A stretch of 24,340 nucleotides of DNA from a virus. Its lineage: Duplodnaviria; Caudoviricetes. Both the position numbers and the translations under genes were made by a program. The notes beneath the pieces are model-generated. The model had not been told where the DNA came from. It saw nothing but the letters and a program-made list of their open reading frames with translations, and ran no database searches. Positions 23,387 to 24,340 of this stretch are shown one piece after another. Within the stretch, counting starts at the first letter, position 1; each line of letters starts with the position of its first letter. The stretch lies in the IMG/VR virus record IMGVR_UViG_3300047290_000197, positions 1-24,340 of that record. One strand, 5' to 3'.

Positions 23387-24340
23387 TCAATGGAATGATG
23401 CCATAAATGGCATGGGTTCTATGATCTTGTCATTGTGATCTTTCAGTTGCTTGTCCAGCTCTGCATGGTATTCCTGTAGCAGCATCATCATGCGTACTGC
23501 CAATACCGTGGCCATGACCAGATCGTCGGTTTCACCGGGTTTGGCCGCGTAGCTGACGCCGTGCGCCACGAATGTTTTGAGCTCGCTGATCAGCGGTCTG
23601 CTGTGCAGGATCATACGACCGCTTTCCAACAGAACCTTGAGTTTGTTACAGGCTGTGAGCTTGCTTTTGGGAGTGGTATTGAATCCCTTGCGCCAGCGTC
23701 GTTCGCCTATCACGCTGCGATCTGACAGGAAGTAGCCCTTGATATTTTCTTCACCAAATTCCGCTATACTGAGCAGCGCAGCTTCACCTATGGTGTTGTT
23801 TTCCACGCTGTAGTAGATGCTTTGCGGATCGTTGACCACACCGTTGATCTCGGTAATTATGTCGGCCAGTATGCGCACCTGCTCGGGTATGGTGGTACGA
23901 TTGTGCTGCCACTCGCCTACCTGTTCCGTGGTGTTGGCTTCAAAAATCTGTATGGCAGCTGGATCGCCGCCTGTGCCCAAACTGGGATCTAGGGCCACCA
24001 CATAGATGCTGTCTTTTTTGATTGGGCGATACCAGCGCACCTGCCCGGTCTTGCGCAGGGGTTCGGTGCCTTCTAGATCCATCAGCTTGATAGGTGCGAT
24101 CAAGGTCTCATCGTTGATAACAAAATCGCAGTTAGACACCAGTATATTGTTGGCATAAAATCTGCGATTTTTGGCCACATTGTGGAGGTCGTAGACTATT
24201 TCCTCCCCGGCCGCAGTCACTGATATCACTCTTTGTATACCAGTTTCAGTATAAATTCTATCTCCGTTGGTCAGATGTTGCACTGGCTTTTTATCCAGAC
24301 AGTCGGTAAAAATATCATGATCCAGTGTGGCTTTGATGCG
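23387..24340 (-). CDS. terL: Terminase large subunit (gp17-like), C-terminal nuclease domain, intein-containing (5' part outside the window)
   Basis: The frame is open to the right edge. YVVALDPSLGTGGD, VENNTIG, GFNTT..SK, ELKTF and GETDDLVMA form an RNase H-like terminase nuclease. Confidence 0.9.
   Translation of the reverse strand, partial: RIKATLDHDIFTDCLDKKPVQHLTNGDRIYTETGIQRVISVTAAGEEIVYDLHNVAKNRRFYANNILVSNCDFVINDETLIAPIKLMDLEGTEPLRKTGQVRWYRPIKKDSIYVVALDPSLGTGGDPAAIQIFEANTTEQVGEWQHNRTTIPEQVRILADIITEINGVVNDPQSIYYSVENNTIGEAALLSIAEFGEENIKGYFLSDRSVIGERRWRKGFNTTPKSKLTACNKLKVLLESGRMILHSRPLISELKTFVAHGVSYAAKPGETDDLVMATVLAVRMMMLLQEYHAELDKQLKDHNDKIIEPMPFMASFH
24131..24340 (-). mobile_element. 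Mini-intein (C-terminal ~70 aa visible) in the terminase
   Basis: Block B IKATLDHDIF (TxxH), block F VYDLHNV...FYAN and block G ILVSN followed by extein Cys (CDF). There is no room for an endonuclease between blocks B and F. Confidence 0.88.

Noticed and set aside
1-24340. Stop-codon reassignment, as seen in some large phages
   Set aside because: Genes are full length in the standard code, and TAG, TGA and TAA all end genes at sensible positions.

Overview
This window is a fragment of a large T4-like (myovirus-type) tailed phage genome read in the standard genetic code. The minus strand carries a replication, recombination and packaging backbone: the large terminase C-terminus with a mini-intein, a probable internal head protein, gp32-type SSB, uvsX, uvsY, uvsW, a gp62-like clamp-loader subunit, a Zn-finger protein, a miniature DnaE-type polymerase, a structural protein and the start of a primase. 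About 13 kb separate uvsY from uvsW. That interval holds a ~10 kb glycan island (8442-18462) with gmd, a cytidylyltransferase-cupin fusion, about 8 glycosyltransferase-like genes and 3 SAM methyltransferases, followed by a small early-gene module and a radical SAM gene. Two promoter classes are visible: near-consensus sigma70 promoters and T4-late-like TAAATA motifs. Many sit only 4-9 nt from a start codon, implying leaderless mRNAs. The best novelty candidates are a late-expressed glycan and O-methylation system (possible virion glycosylation), the 189-aa minimal C-family polymerase, and a cassette-built head protein. All protein calls come from motif recognition by eye, with no database search. 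No tRNA, rRNA or CRISPR array was seen.
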